Assembly: GCA_050246755.1 (NCBI GenBank) | Contig: JBFWVL010000002.1 | Coordinates: 224,001 to 288,000, forward strand | Direction of reading: 5' to 3' | Origin: Bacteriovoracia bacterium | Lineage (GTDB): Bacteria > Bdellovibrionota > UBA1018 > CAIPTA01 | DNA length: 64,000 nt | Shown here: one piece after another, positions 9,988 to 19,675 of the stretch | How the letters are laid out: every line of letters begins with the position of its first letter | Numbering within the stretch: position 1 is the stretch's first letter | Position numbers and translations under genes: made by a program | Notes under the pieces: model-generated | What the model saw: the letters and a program-made list of their open reading frames with translations, nothing else | Databases searched by the model: none | What the model was told of the DNA's origin: nothing

Positions 9988-11512
9988 ACTGAAGCCCGAG
10001 GTTTCCGCCGCTCTGGAGCTGCCAGTGTTCGGGCACCAGCTTGAGCGCTTTGCCCACCACGAAGGTGGGGAAGGCGAGGGTGAGGCCCTCGGCACTCAGC
10101 GATTCCTTCGCCGCGTCGGCCATAGTCTGGGCGGCGATTCTCTTCGTTGGGTTATACTGAGCCACGTATTGCTTGGCCCAGCTATAGCTCATGGGAAGCT
10201 CGTCGGCGGTAACGAGGAAATCCACTTTCCCGCCCTTTTGCAGCTTCATCTTCGATTGGCCCTGGAGCAGGGTTCTGAACTCCACGTAGGGAGTATAGGT
10301 TCCTTTTACCGGGGCGAACATGCGGATCGCGAGCGGGAGCGTGAGATCACCCGAGATCGTGTCGGTGTCGGTCGCTTTTTCGTTGTCGAAAGAGGGCGGG
10401 CCGTTGGGCACGAAGTTAAAGGCGAAGGTAGTATTGGTCGGGAACTTCATGAGGTCCGGCCAAGCCCAGAATTGTTTCCAGCGCGACTGCATGAATTCCT
10501 GGAACGCAGGAATCTCGTAGGAGCGCAGTGAATATTCCAGCTTGCCCGCAAAGTATTCTCCCATCATCAGCGCGCGGATCGTAGCGAACGGCATCATCAA
10601 TTGAGGAATGGCAGTGCTTTGGGTTGCCGCTTGCGAGGTCTTGGCCGCGGTGCCAACACCGAGCTTAAATTCCTGCACGATGTTTTGGTTGGGGGCTACG
10701 TACGGATACACGAAACGCAGCTGGCCCTCGAGCATCAGGCCGCCGCCGCTCTCGCGGGCGTTTTTGGGCTCATAGTAAAGCTTGAGGTAATCTTTTTGCG
10801 TGGGCAATTCGCGCTCGCTGAGCAGGAGAATGCTGGCGTCTTTGCTCCACTGCACGAACTTAGTTTCCAGCTCACCGCGAACTTGCGCATCGAAATTCTG
10901 GAAACTCGCGAGGGCATTGAGCGCGTACTCACGCACGTTCACGTCTAGGCCTTCGGTGCCGCTGCAGGAAATGCTTTCCACTTCCCAAGCGCCTTGCTGC
11001 CAGTCTGCGTTGAAGGAGGGCATGGAGAGCTTTACTTGTCCGTCGAGCACTTCGGCGCGGATGGTGGCGGCCACGGAGCTAAGGCCCGGCTTGAGGCGCA
11101 AGGAAACGTTGTGGCATTCGGCGTCGAGTTTCACGCGGTAGCGAACGCCATCGATCACGCGGTCGACGATTTGCGAGGCCGATATATTAGCTACCGTGAT
11201 GCGCGCGCCGAGCTGATTGCTGGCGAGGGTCCATTCCCGGGTATTGGCGTTAGTACGCTTGGGCACGGGGAAGGCGTAGTTCATCTCGGCGGTGATTCCG
11301 CTGATCTGAATGGGAAGCCCCGGATTGATCGTGAAGTTGGGAATCGCCACGCTCTGGGTGCCGCTGAGGCTCTGCCAGAAATCTTCGATCACTTTGTCGA
11401 AGAGGCTCTCGGTGAGCTGGAGTTGGAATTCACTTTTCACTTCCCAACGCGCTTGGGCGGCGAGGGGGAGAGCGGCGAGCAGTAACGGCAGCGTGTAAAA
11501 AAGTTTTCTCAT
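9959..11512 (-). CDS. Secreted hypothetical protein (517 aa)
   Basis: Signal peptide MRKLFYTLPLLLAALPLAAQA; long beta-rich ORF. Confidence 0.8.
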   Translation of the reverse strand: MRKLFYTLPLLLAALPLAAQARWEVKSEFQLQLTESLFDKVIEDFWQSLSGTQSVAIPNFTINPGLPIQISGITAEMNYAFPVPKRTNANTREWTLASNQLGARITVANISASQIVDRVIDGVRYRVKLDAECHNVSLRLKPGLSSVAATIRAEVLDGQVKLSMPSFNADWQQGAWEVESISCSGTEGLDVNVREYALNALASFQNFDAQVRGELETKFVQWSKDASILLLSERELPTQKDYLKLYYEPKNARESGGGLMLEGQLRFVYPYVAPNQNIVQEFKLGVGTAAKTSQAATQSTAIPQLMMPFATIRALMMGEYFAGKLEYSLRSYEIPAFQEFMQSRWKQFWAWPDLMKFPTNTTFAFNFVPNGPPSFDNEKATDTDTISGDLTLPLAIRMFAPVKGTYTPYVEFRTLLQGQSKMKLQKGGKVDFLVTADELPMSYSWAKQYVAQYNPTKRIAAQTMADAAKESLSAEGLTLAFPTFVVGKALKLVPEHWQLQSGGNLGLQFTTENSKTK

Positions 11513-11590
11513 GGGGCTATTTTCTCACTTCGATAGCTAAAGTTAGTAAGAACCTAAAGTGCCTACAGGAACGAACCGAGTAGTAGCTGA

Positions 11591-11629
11591 TTGACTCGCT
11601 CCATTATTAAATGTTAACATGGGTTAACA
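11591..11629 (+). promoter_or_regulatory. Putative sigma70 promoter with palindromic operator in the divergent intergenic region
   Basis: TTGACT (11591-11596); palindrome ATGTTAACAT (11611-11620) followed by a second GTTAACA; AT-rich. Confidence 0.35.
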
Positions 11630-11682
11630 ATATTGCAATGGGCGACGATATTAAATTTTAAGAAAACCCGAGAGCCCGACAC

Positions 11683-14600
11683 ATGAAAATTAGGCAAATT
11701 ACTGAAGTTACTAAGTTTGTTATGAAAAATGCCAAGCGTTTTTCGATTTTAGTGATTTTGGCTTTTTTGGGTTTGGGGGCCATATCCGCCTTATCACTCT
11801 CTAAGCTCAAGACCGAATACTCCATGCGTCAGTTCTTGCCGCCCCACCATAAACTGATGGAGACCGACGACGCCCTCAAGGCTCGTTTCCAGCTTCCCGA
11901 CCTCGAGCCCTTCTTCGCCCTCATTAGTATTCCTGAAAAAGAGACCGGCAACTGGTTCCAGCCCGAACGCATGGCCAAGCTCAAAGAAATTACCGAGGGC
12001 CTCAATAAGTATGAGGGCGTGAGCCGTGCCATCAGCTTAGCCACGATCGAGGGAGCCTCGTCGAGCCCGGAAGGAATCACCGTGGGGCGTCTGCTCGATC
12101 TCACGCCCGCGAAGGATTGGGAAAATCGCGTGCTTAAAGATCCTATCCTCAGTCCGCACCTGATCACCGCCGACGGCCGCACCGCCGTACTCGCCATGGT
12201 CAACCAAGTGGGCCTCACGCAGAAAGCCAGCACCGCAATTCAGGACGAAACCCGCGTGCGTATCCAGGCCGCCTTTCCTGGCTACCAGCTTCGCCTCGGG
12301 GGCATTCCCGTGGTGCAAACCGAAATGAGCCAAATTCTCGGCAAAGAACTAAAAAATTTCCTCGTGCTCTCGCTGCTCGCCAGCCTTTTCACCCTCATGC
12401 TTTTCTTCCGTTCTTTCTCGAGCGTGCTGATCCCGCTTATCCTATTGTTACTCGCGAACTTCATCAGCTTGGCTTGGATGGCGTGGACGGGCACCGCCTT
12501 CACCGTACTTTCGAGTACGCTGCCCGTGCTCGTGGCGCTCACGGTAGTTTCGATGAGCGCGCACACGATGCTGCGCTACGCTTCGGACTGGCAGCTCGCG
12601 CTCCGCTCCCAAGAGAACCCGAACCCGATCCGCGTGCTTTTCCATTCCTACGCCGGACTGCTATTGCCGAACTTCCTCACGGCCGTAACCACCTCCATCG
12701 GATTTTTCGCGATCGCCTTCGCTAATATTCCCCTTGTGCGCCAATACGGGATCACCGTGGGGATTTCCATTTTCGTTTGCTGGTTCACCGTGATCGGCGC
12801 CTTGCTCCCGCTGCTCGTTCTCTTTCCCGTGCCCCAGGTGCGCGACTGGACCGAAAAGCGCGCCAGCTGGGCCCTCTGGATTACCGCTCACAGCCGAAAA
12901 GTGGTTTTCGCCGTGGTGGCTCTCAGCGCAGTTTGCTTATTTTTCGGGCGTCAGCTCAACTGGTCGGCGCAGTTATTCGACGATCTTCCCAAGGGCCACG
13001 AGGCCCGCGCCACCACCGAGTTCGTGGATTCCCATCTTGGCGGCATGATTCCCCTCGATATCGTGGTGGAGCGCGATGAGGAAAATGCCTGGAACGATCC
13101 CTCGGCTCTCGCTAGATTCGATGAGCTCGCTAATGATTGGCGCAAGCATCCCGCCGTTGGCTCCGTGACCGGCCCGCAGGATTTCATTCGCGTGGCCGGT
13201 AAAGTGCAGGGGCGGGGCCTCGCTTCCACCCGTCAAGAGGCCGCTGAGTACGCGTTCCTCTACGGATTCGCCGCCGATAATCCTTATAAGCAATACGTAA
13301 CGTCGGACGGCCGCGCCGCCCGCATCAACTTGCGCTTGCATGATATCCCCGGCGATAAAATGGCCTTGGTGGTGCAGCAGCTCACCGAGCAAACCCAGGC
13401 GAAATTCCCCGGCTGGAAGGTAACGCCCGGCGCGATGGCCACCACCGTGCATGTGCTCAATAACGAACTTTGCCGCGAATTGATCTGGGGTTTCTGGCAA
13501 GCCTTGCTCTTAATCGCCGTCGTTCTTGCTTGTGTATTCCGCTCCGTGCGCTGGACGATCGCGGCGGTACTGCCGAACTTGGTTCCCGCGTTCTTACTTC
13601 TTGGCGCGCTGTACCTAGGCGCTACGCCGATTAAGCCTGGCATCGCCCTGATCTTTTCGATCGCCCTCGGTATATCCTTCGACAATACCGTGTATCTCAT
13701 GGGGCGTTTACGCCTTCTGCGGGACCGCTCCGCCACGAAAAAAATCATGGTCGCCAAAGCCTGGTACCAAGAAGGCAATCTCTGTCTCTTTTCCTCGCTC
13801 GCGTTGTCTTCCGGTTTTCTTGTATTCTTGGCCTCGTTCTTCTCGCTCAATCAGCAGTTCGGTATGTATATGCTCATCGCCATCCTGGGATCCCTCGTCG
13901 GAGATCTCGTGCTCATGCCCGCAATGCTTGCGGCCTTCCCCCGGATGCTGGAGAATAGAGCCAAACCCGAACTTCAAAAGGAGAATGATATGTCTGAGAG
14001 AGCGATCGCCGCCGGTATTGCACTGGCATTTTTCACCAGCAGTTTCGCCTACGCTGCGGTGGATTTGAAAGACGCGAAGTCCATTCTGAAAAACGTAGAG
14101 AAAAATATGTCGGCTACCGACGAAGTGGCCAACGTGAAGATGACCATCACCGAAGCCGACGGCACGAAAAAAGATCGTGGCCTGCAGATCAGCCGCAAGG
14201 GCAAAGACGCAGACCAAAAAGTAATGGTGCGCATGAACGCTCCCGCCGATCTAAAGGGCACCGCGCTGCTCTCCGTTTCGAAGGGCAAATCCAGTGACCA
14301 GTGGCTCTATTTGCCCTCGAGCAAGCAGACGCGCCGGATCCAGAGCGGTAACCGCAGCGGCGGTTTCATGGACTCCGAGATGAGCTACGAAGACATGGGC
14401 ACCAACGCCGACGCGAAATTCGAGAGTAAAGTTCTACCCGAAGAGACGATCGCCGGCCGCAAGTACTCCGTGATCGAGAGTATTCCGAAGGGCGAGAGCT
14501 CTTACGGCAAAGTGGTGACCTGGGTAGACCAGGGAACGTACCTCGTGGGCAAGATGCAATACTTCGACAAGTCGATGAAGCCGCTCAAGGTGACGAACTT

Positions 14601-14766
14601 CACGGGTTACAAGCAATACGACAAGGGAGTATGGCGCGCGCAAAAAGTGCAGGTGCAGAATCTGCAAAATAAACGCGGCACCACCCTCGAGCTTTCCGAC
14701 CTGAAACTTAACAAAGGCCTCGACGACGCCGAATTCACCGAGAGCGCCCTCACCGAAGGCGATTGA
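11683..14766 (+). CDS. MMPL/RND-family transporter fused to a C-terminal outer-membrane lipoprotein-sorting (LolA-like) domain
   Basis: Two RND TM repeats (IALGISFDNTVY); C-terminal PADLKGTALL...QWLYLPSSKQTRRI...FMDSEMSYED typical of LolA-like sorting proteins. Confidence 0.85.
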   Translation: MKIRQITEVTKFVMKNAKRFSILVILAFLGLGAISALSLSKLKTEYSMRQFLPPHHKLMETDDALKARFQLPDLEPFFALISIPEKETGNWFQPERMAKLKEITEGLNKYEGVSRAISLATIEGASSSPEGITVGRLLDLTPAKDWENRVLKDPILSPHLITADGRTAVLAMVNQVGLTQKASTAIQDETRVRIQAAFPGYQLRLGGIPVVQTEMSQILGKELKNFLVLSLLASLFTLMLFFRSFSSVLIPLILLLLANFISLAWMAWTGTAFTVLSSTLPVLVALTVVSMSAHTMLRYASDWQLALRSQENPNPIRVLFHSYAGLLLPNFLTAVTTSIGFFAIAFANIPLVRQYGITVGISIFVCWFTVIGALLPLLVLFPVPQVRDWTEKRASWALWITAHSRKVVFAVVALSAVCLFFGRQLNWSAQLFDDLPKGHEARATTEFVDSHLGGMIPLDIVVERDEENAWNDPSALARFDELANDWRKHPAVGSVTGPQDFIRVAGKVQGRGLASTRQEAAEYAFLYGFAADNPYKQYVTSDGRAARINLRLHDIPGDKMALVVQQLTEQTQAKFPGWKVTPGAMATTVHVLNNELCRELIWGFWQALLLIAVVLACVFRSVRWTIAAVLPNLVPAFLLLGALYLGATPIKPGIALIFSIALGISFDNTVYLMGRLRLLRDRSATKKIMVAKAWYQEGNLCLFSSLALSSGFLVFLASFFSLNQQFGMYMLIAILGSLVGDLVLMPAMLAAFPRMLENRAKPELQKENDMSERAIAAGIALAFFTSSFAYAAVDLKDAKSILKNVEKNMSATDEVANVKMTITEADGTKKDRGLQISRKGKDADQKVMVRMNAPADLKGTALLSVSKGKSSDQWLYLPSSKQTRRIQSGNRSGGFMDSEMSYEDMGTNADAKFESKVLPEETIAGRKYSVIESIPKGESSYGKVVTWVDQGTYLVGKMQYFDKSMKPLKVTNFTGYKQYDKGVWRAQKVQVQNLQNKRGTTLELSDLKLNKGLDDAEFTESALTEGD

Positions 14767-14784
14767 TCTCTAGTTTGTGTTCTT

Positions 14785-14820
14785 AAGAGCCGGTCACCTA
14801 TAAGGGTGGTCGGCTTTTTT
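14785..14820 (+). terminator. Rho-independent terminator
   Basis: Stem AGCCGGTCACC/GGTGGTCGGCT followed by a T tract. Confidence 0.75.
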
Positions 14821-14860
14821 GTGCCTGTTTTGCACGCGCATGCTGCCGCCCCGTCCGCTG

Positions 14861-15040
14861 GAATACCTCTGCCCCGGAGAGTGCCTTCGCTTTTGCGAAT
14901 ACCTCTGCCCCGCGCCAGCAACTCTGCTCCTTAAAATACCTCTGCCCGGTGTGGGGGCAATCACCATCGTGTCAGATTTTCGTACGCGCCCACGTCTGCA
15001 TACCGAACACCGCTCTCCTAAAATACCTCTGCCCCAGAGG
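14861..15040 (+). repeat. Cluster of four direct repeats (A)ATACCTCTGCCC(C) upstream of the HUH transposase (REP-like)
   Basis: Copies at 14863, 14899, 14936 (12/13) and 15023; spacing 36, 37, 87 bp. Confidence 0.9.
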
Positions 15041-15086
15041 CTTTACCCCACGCGGAAATGGCATGCTTCCCGCTCGGCCCGCCCGC

Positions 15087-15605
15087 ATGAAATTCCAAGT
15101 ACGTAAATGGAGTCCGCTCGAACACGGAGGTATCGTACGCAAGGGCCAGCGGAAACGCCGCCGCTATATGGATGTGAGTCGAACCCTGCACTTGGTGATG
15201 CGTTCTACTAAGGCCAGGGGCCACCGCAGTTTTATTAACCCGCGCAATAAGGGCGTGATCCATCTGCTGCTCATCGATACGGCCAATCGCTACGAGATAA
15301 AAATCTATAACTACGTGAACGTTGGCAACCATCTGCACCTTCACGTGCGCGGATGGAAACGCAAAAATCTCCAGGCATTCTTGAAAGTATTCCCGCAAAG
15401 AGTGATGTTCCACGTAACGGGCGCACGCAAGGGTCGCCCGCGCGGCAAGTTTTTCGATGAGATCGTCTATTCGCGCGTGGTGAACTGGGGCGGCGATTTC
15501 AAGCGCGTGAAAGAATATTTTTGGAAGAACACGCTCGAGGCGCTGGGATTCAGTCACGCCACGATCGTGAAGTGGCGCAGGGCCGCGCGGATAGTGCCGC
15601 CCTAA
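15087..15605 (+). CDS. Y1 HUH-family transposase (IS200/RAYT-like, stand-alone)
   Basis: HGG...RK..R...LHLVMRS, HUH motif GNHLHL, SRVVNWG, catalytic Tyr in EYFWKN; no tnpB; start set at MKFQV. Confidence 0.8.
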   Translation: MKFQVRKWSPLEHGGIVRKGQRKRRRYMDVSRTLHLVMRSTKARGHRSFINPRNKGVIHLLLIDTANRYEIKIYNYVNVGNHLHLHVRGWKRKNLQAFLKVFPQRVMFHVTGARKGRPRGKFFDEIVYSRVVNWGGDFKRVKEYFWKNTLEALGFSHATIVKWRRAARIVPP

Positions 15606-16408
15606 CGGACCAGCGGAAAGAAATCGAAGCTATATACGTAGGCCGTTTCTTCGGGAGACTTAGCGATCACGTCTTGGTTCTTTTTTAGATTTTCCAGCAG
15701 GGAAACTTTCACGCGCTCGGCATCTTCCCGTGAAAGGCTCACGCAGGCCGAGTAGTGCATGTCGTTGGTGCCCGCCGAGTCCATCGACTGAATTGAAAAT
15801 AGCCGCCAGTTGCTGTGCAGGTTCTTGATCAGCGGATCGGTGGCGGGTAGGTGCACGTGGCTCGGGCCGGCGGAGTAGTGGGTGCCCTTAAGCTTGAGGA
15901 TCCCGCAACCCACGAGGAAATCCAATTTCTCGTCGAGTTCGGCCGGATGCACGCGCAGGGCCTGGCTGAGCGCGAGTTTGGTCTGAAAAGACGGGATCGA
16001 GCAGAGTACGTGAATTGCGGCGTAGAGGTGGCTCGAGTGGAATCGCGCGGTGTCGCTCGCGGAAATACCGGTAGAGGGCCGCACTACTTTTGAGGGCGTA
16101 AGTTTCTGCGCGCGTTTAGCGGCGAGTAGAGTTTGAAATCGCTGGCGGGCTTTTGAGGAGCGGGCGCGGTCGCGGCAGACTAGGAGCGCGAAGTACTCGG
16201 CCTCGTCCTCGTCGTGACGAAGAAAATCATTCATGAGCTCGGCCTGTTCGGTGCTAAGGTCGGCTTTTCCCGAAAGAATTTGCGATAAATAGGTAGTGTG
16301 AACGGCCAAAGCGCGGGCCGCATCGGCGCGCATGCCCGAGCGATGACCCTGCTCGTCAAATCGTAACTTAAGGTAATCGCGGTAGTTTTGGGATTCGTAG
16401 ATTTTCAT
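15602..16408 (-). CDS. TIGR02147/DUF4423-family HTH protein
   Basis: YRDYLK...ARALAVHTTYLSQILSGKADLS.EQA HTH; LHSNWR; C-terminal VYSFDFFPL. Confidence 0.8.
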   Translation of the reverse strand: MKIYESQNYRDYLKLRFDEQGHRSGMRADAARALAVHTTYLSQILSGKADLSTEQAELMNDFLRHDEDEAEYFALLVCRDRARSSKARQRFQTLLAAKRAQKLTPSKVVRPSTGISASDTARFHSSHLYAAIHVLCSIPSFQTKLALSQALRVHPAELDEKLDFLVGCGILKLKGTHYSAGPSHVHLPATDPLIKNLHSNWRLFSIQSMDSAGTNDMHYSACVSLSREDAERVKVSLLENLKKNQDVIAKSPEETAYVYSFDFFPLVR

Positions 16409-16507
16409 ACCTGTGCCCTCGAGGTGTAGAGTTATTCTCTTATTTCAACCTGATGATTTAGTAAAATAATCTTTTCGCGCTTGTGGCCTGCACGTATAAA
16501 CAGTCTC

Positions 16508-17545
16508 ATGATGAAACTCATTTTGGTTTTGGGAATTTTCGGCGCGCTCCACGCACAGGCCGGCGTGATCAACGGCGGCGGGGGCAAAGGTATTCTCTGC
16601 GTGAACCCCGACGGCAGCCGCACGGTGGAGAGCCTCGATCGCTACGAAGCGAGGATCGTTTGGCGCTACTCGGTGCCCGAGAGCAAGGATTTCGACGCCG
16701 AGTTTTTGCGGATGATGTCGAGGGCCCACTATGCTTTCAATGGGAACGCCCACCAAGCGCCCGGTCCTTATTCGGCCAAAGAGCACGAAGAATTTTTGTT
16801 GCTGCTCAAGGTATTCCAGGCCCAAATGAATTTTCTTCCAGTAGGCACTCACCTCAAACCCACCGATGACGCCGGGGAAGTGGTGATTCCGCCCGCAAAC
16901 TGCGCCATCACGCAGGTGATCCATTACCTCGATGAAACCGAACGTACCGGGCAGATCCTGGTAGACAAAGAATACTGGGACCTTCTCTCCCCGCAGGATC
17001 AAGTCGGTTTTTTCATGCATGAAGTGGTTTACAAAGATTTTCGCACTTCCGGCGAAACTTCCTCTCTGCGCACCCGTAAACTAGTGGGCCGTTTGCTTTC
17101 CAGCGAGGTGTATCCAAATCCTTATTCTCCACTCTGGGGAGCGCCCAAGATGCTGCATTGCCTGGGCAAGATGGACGATTATGGATGGGGAACTTCCAGC
17201 GGGCTGGATTTTTACGTAGTTCCTGCTGTGGATAAGCCGGGCCGCAATGCGGCTTTGCTCGTGTTCACTACCATCGGCGACGACGGCATGATGGCCGCCA
17301 CCACGGCGCTCAGTCCTTTCGAGTACGAAAGCTTTACTGGTGATCCGCAGTACGCCAGTTACGGGTCGGCCAGCTTGTCGGTGAATTCATTTTATGGTCC
17401 GCGCAGCCTGGTGCTCAGGATGGGGGGAGAAGGAGCTGGCTCTCCGCCGCCGCAGCCTTCCCTGCGGAAGATGTTTATGCGCTTCGATCGTAAAGGACAA
17501 ACCCAGGAAACGGAGTTTTCCTGCCAACCCGAGGAGAGACAATGA
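16508..17545 (+). CDS. Secreted hypothetical protein (Bdellovibrio-type GGGG N-terminus, HE motif)
   Basis: Signal peptide then GVINGGGGKGILC; FFMHEVVY; divergent from the TIGR02147 gene. Confidence 0.8.
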   Translation: MMKLILVLGIFGALHAQAGVINGGGGKGILCVNPDGSRTVESLDRYEARIVWRYSVPESKDFDAEFLRMMSRAHYAFNGNAHQAPGPYSAKEHEEFLLLLKVFQAQMNFLPVGTHLKPTDDAGEVVIPPANCAITQVIHYLDETERTGQILVDKEYWDLLSPQDQVGFFMHEVVYKDFRTSGETSSLRTRKLVGRLLSSEVYPNPYSPLWGAPKMLHCLGKMDDYGWGTSSGLDFYVVPAVDKPGRNAALLVFTTIGDDGMMAATTALSPFEYESFTGDPQYASYGSASLSVNSFYGPRSLVLRMGGEGAGSPPPQPSLRKMFMRFDRKGQTQETEFSCQPEERQ

Positions 17546-17925
17546 AGTACTTGCTCATCGCCATGCTGTTCGCCAATACCGTTTTCGCCGCCGATAATTG
17601 CGGTCCGCAGGAAGGAAAATTCGGCTGGGAAAAAGCCGTGAAAGTAGGGGACGTAGTCACCTTCTTCAACCCGCGTCTCAATCTCGACGGGGTGAATCTC
17701 ATCCCGATCGCTTTCGACGACGGCGTGACCGAGTCCTTTTCGAACGGCGTTTGCAAAGCCCTCGGCAAGAAGACGGGTACCGTAGGCCAGATTACTCGAG
17801 CGTACGAGCTGGAAACCACACTCGCGGTTTTCATCGATGCGGCGGGCCGCGTGGCGTATATGCATGAAATTGGAAGAAATTCTGGATCCTATACTGGAAT
17901 CGTAAACTCGATTTCCTGCCGCTAG
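17542..17925 (+). CDS. Small secreted hypothetical protein
   Basis: Signal peptide MKYLLIAMLFANTVFA; start overlaps the upstream stop; GGAG RBS. Confidence 0.75.
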   Translation: MKYLLIAMLFANTVFAADNCGPQEGKFGWEKAVKVGDVVTFFNPRLNLDGVNLIPIAFDDGVTESFSNGVCKALGKKTGTVGQITRAYELETTLAVFIDAAGRVAYMHEIGRNSGSYTGIVNSISCR

Positions 17926-17957
17926 TCATTACATAAAATTTAAGGAGAACGATAACC

Positions 17958-18437
17958 ATGAAATTTCATGCAACGGCACTGCTTTGCCTAGTCCTAACTG
18001 CCTGTGGAGCGGAGGAGCCTAGAGACCAAGAAATAAGCACCGATACTGCCACTATCACCGAGAACCTCGTTGCGGCACCGATGCCCGGCGATGGACGGCT
18101 AAACCAGACAGAGTTTAAGTCGCTCCATTGCGTGGCGCTTGTGAGTTCCTCGAATAACCCGGCGCGGGTTTTGGCGAGCGTGAAGTGCGATGGGTTCGGC
18201 GTCGTAAGCGGGGACTACGTGCTCGAATGCCAAGACAACAGGCTCTGCGTTCAGCGGCAATCCGTGCACGGAGGGCAGACAGAAGCGGTTTTTTCCGAAA
18301 ATTTCATGCAGATGATCCTGACGATTTCCGACTCGAATGGAAAGAAAGTTTATAGTGATAACTTCGTTTGCGAGAAGGGTTGTGCGCTGGAATTTCAGCC
18401 GCCTTCGTTCGAGAAAGGCACTCAGCCACGGCCCTAA
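17958..18437 (+). CDS. Hypothetical lipoprotein
   Basis: Lipobox LTAC; AAGGAG RBS. Confidence 0.75.
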   Translation: MKFHATALLCLVLTACGAEEPRDQEISTDTATITENLVAAPMPGDGRLNQTEFKSLHCVALVSSSNNPARVLASVKCDGFGVVSGDYVLECQDNRLCVQRQSVHGGQTEAVFSENFMQMILTISDSNGKKVYSDNFVCEKGCALEFQPPSFEKGTQPRP

Positions 18438-19675
18438 AGATTGCGAAATGCCTCGGGCGTGCCCATGCCCCTGATTTCGTCGCCGGCCTTGGTGCTCCCA
18501 TGGGTATGGAATTCCCGCCGCCGTTTTCGGTAAGAAACACTCACGCGCTCAAACAGCGAAATACCGTGCATTTCGGCCGGGGCAGGCGAAACCGCCGGCC
18601 CGCGCAGATCGCTCAGCGGGTTCATCGCGCCCGGCGAGATTTTTTCAATCGAAGCTAGGTGGCGCGCCCCTACGTCTACGGGCGCGGAAGCACCGAAGGC
18701 CTGCGCGTAGCCTTCCGAAATACCTCTGCCCCGAGGCGAGGGTGCTAGGGGAGTGGCCTCCCTAGTAGGCGCCAAAACCTGTGCCCCGGCTAGTAGGGCA
18801 GGTCCGCCGCTAGCGTTGAACCTAGTCGACTGGCCCGCACTCGTCACGGATACCTCTGCCCCAGAGGCGGGCGTCACGCGGCCCTCCAGCGCTTTCGCCA
18901 CCACGGGGCCGGGGTCCGCGAGCGTTTCTTCGACGGCGTTGCGTTTGGTTCGATCCAGTTTTCCCACGAACGGTGATTCGTTCACGATCGCCGCAAACGG
19001 CTCGCCAGCAAAAGCACGCCGCATGATCTCGCCGTTCTCGTAGCCAAGGTAGACGGATCCGTCGGGGAAGCGCTCCGATAATTCTTTCCACCCGAGCGCG
19101 TTCACCGCCGTGGACCTAGAAACCCCCGAACGGCTTTCTTCCGGCGCCAATGTGGGCACCATCACCGGGGCGCCGCTCGCCATTTCGGTGAGCCCAGTCA
19201 TGGGAGAAACCAGCGCGTCGGTACGCGTTTTCGTAGAGTAGCAGCCCGTCATCGACGAAGCGTATTGGCTGCTGAACGCCATCCAGTCGGTCATCGTGAA
19301 GCCATCGGCGCCCCAGGAAGTGCATTCGCCCGCGCCGTCGCGGGTAAGGCAATTGGCGGCGTTCCGGAGGGCTTGGCTTAGTCCCACGCATTCCGGGCTT
19401 TTGGGAGAAGCCGCGCAAACGGAATCCGTGCGCCCGCCTACGTTCGTGCCCACGCAGCCTCCCATTACGTTGGAGCCCATCACGAAGGCATTGGCTTGGG
19501 TGGACTCGGAATCCACATCTTCTCTATAGAGCTGGTTATTGTATTTCGTTACCTCGTACTCGTCGGAGCGTTTGGAATCGCCGGCGCCGGTCGTTTTACC
19601 GTTCTCGCCAACTAGATCGTTCGCGGCGAAGCCAAGGCCGGGGCAGAGGTATAAAATTAAGAAGAGGCGAATCAT
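18434..19675 (-). CDS. Secreted Cys-containing hypothetical protein with C-terminal SLFERVS..Y motif
   Basis: Signal peptide; shares blocks with the upstream paralogue; coupled start/stop. Confidence 0.8.
   Translation of the reverse strand: MIRLFLILYLCPGLGFAANDLVGENGKTTGAGDSKRSDEYEVTKYNNQLYREDVDSESTQANAFVMGSNVMGGCVGTNVGGRTDSVCAASPKSPECVGLSQALRNAANCLTRDGAGECTSWGADGFTMTDWMAFSSQYASSMTGCYSTKTRTDALVSPMTGLTEMASGAPVMVPTLAPEESRSGVSRSTAVNALGWKELSERFPDGSVYLGYENGEIMRRAFAGEPFAAIVNESPFVGKLDRTKRNAVEETLADPGPVVAKALEGRVTPASGAEVSVTSAGQSTRFNASGGPALLAGAQVLAPTREATPLAPSPRGRGISEGYAQAFGASAPVDVGARHLASIEKISPGAMNPLSDLRGPAVSPAPAEMHGISLFERVSVSYRKRRREFHTHGSTKAGDEIRGMGTPEAFRNL

Noticed and set aside
14861-15040. CRISPR array
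   Set aside because: The repeat is only 13-15 bp, there are four copies with an irregular last spacing, and no cas genes lie in the window.
14949-15086. N-terminal extension of the transposase ORF given in the track
   Set aside because: It runs through the repeat region. The recognisable family sequence starts near MKFQ...EHGG at 15087.
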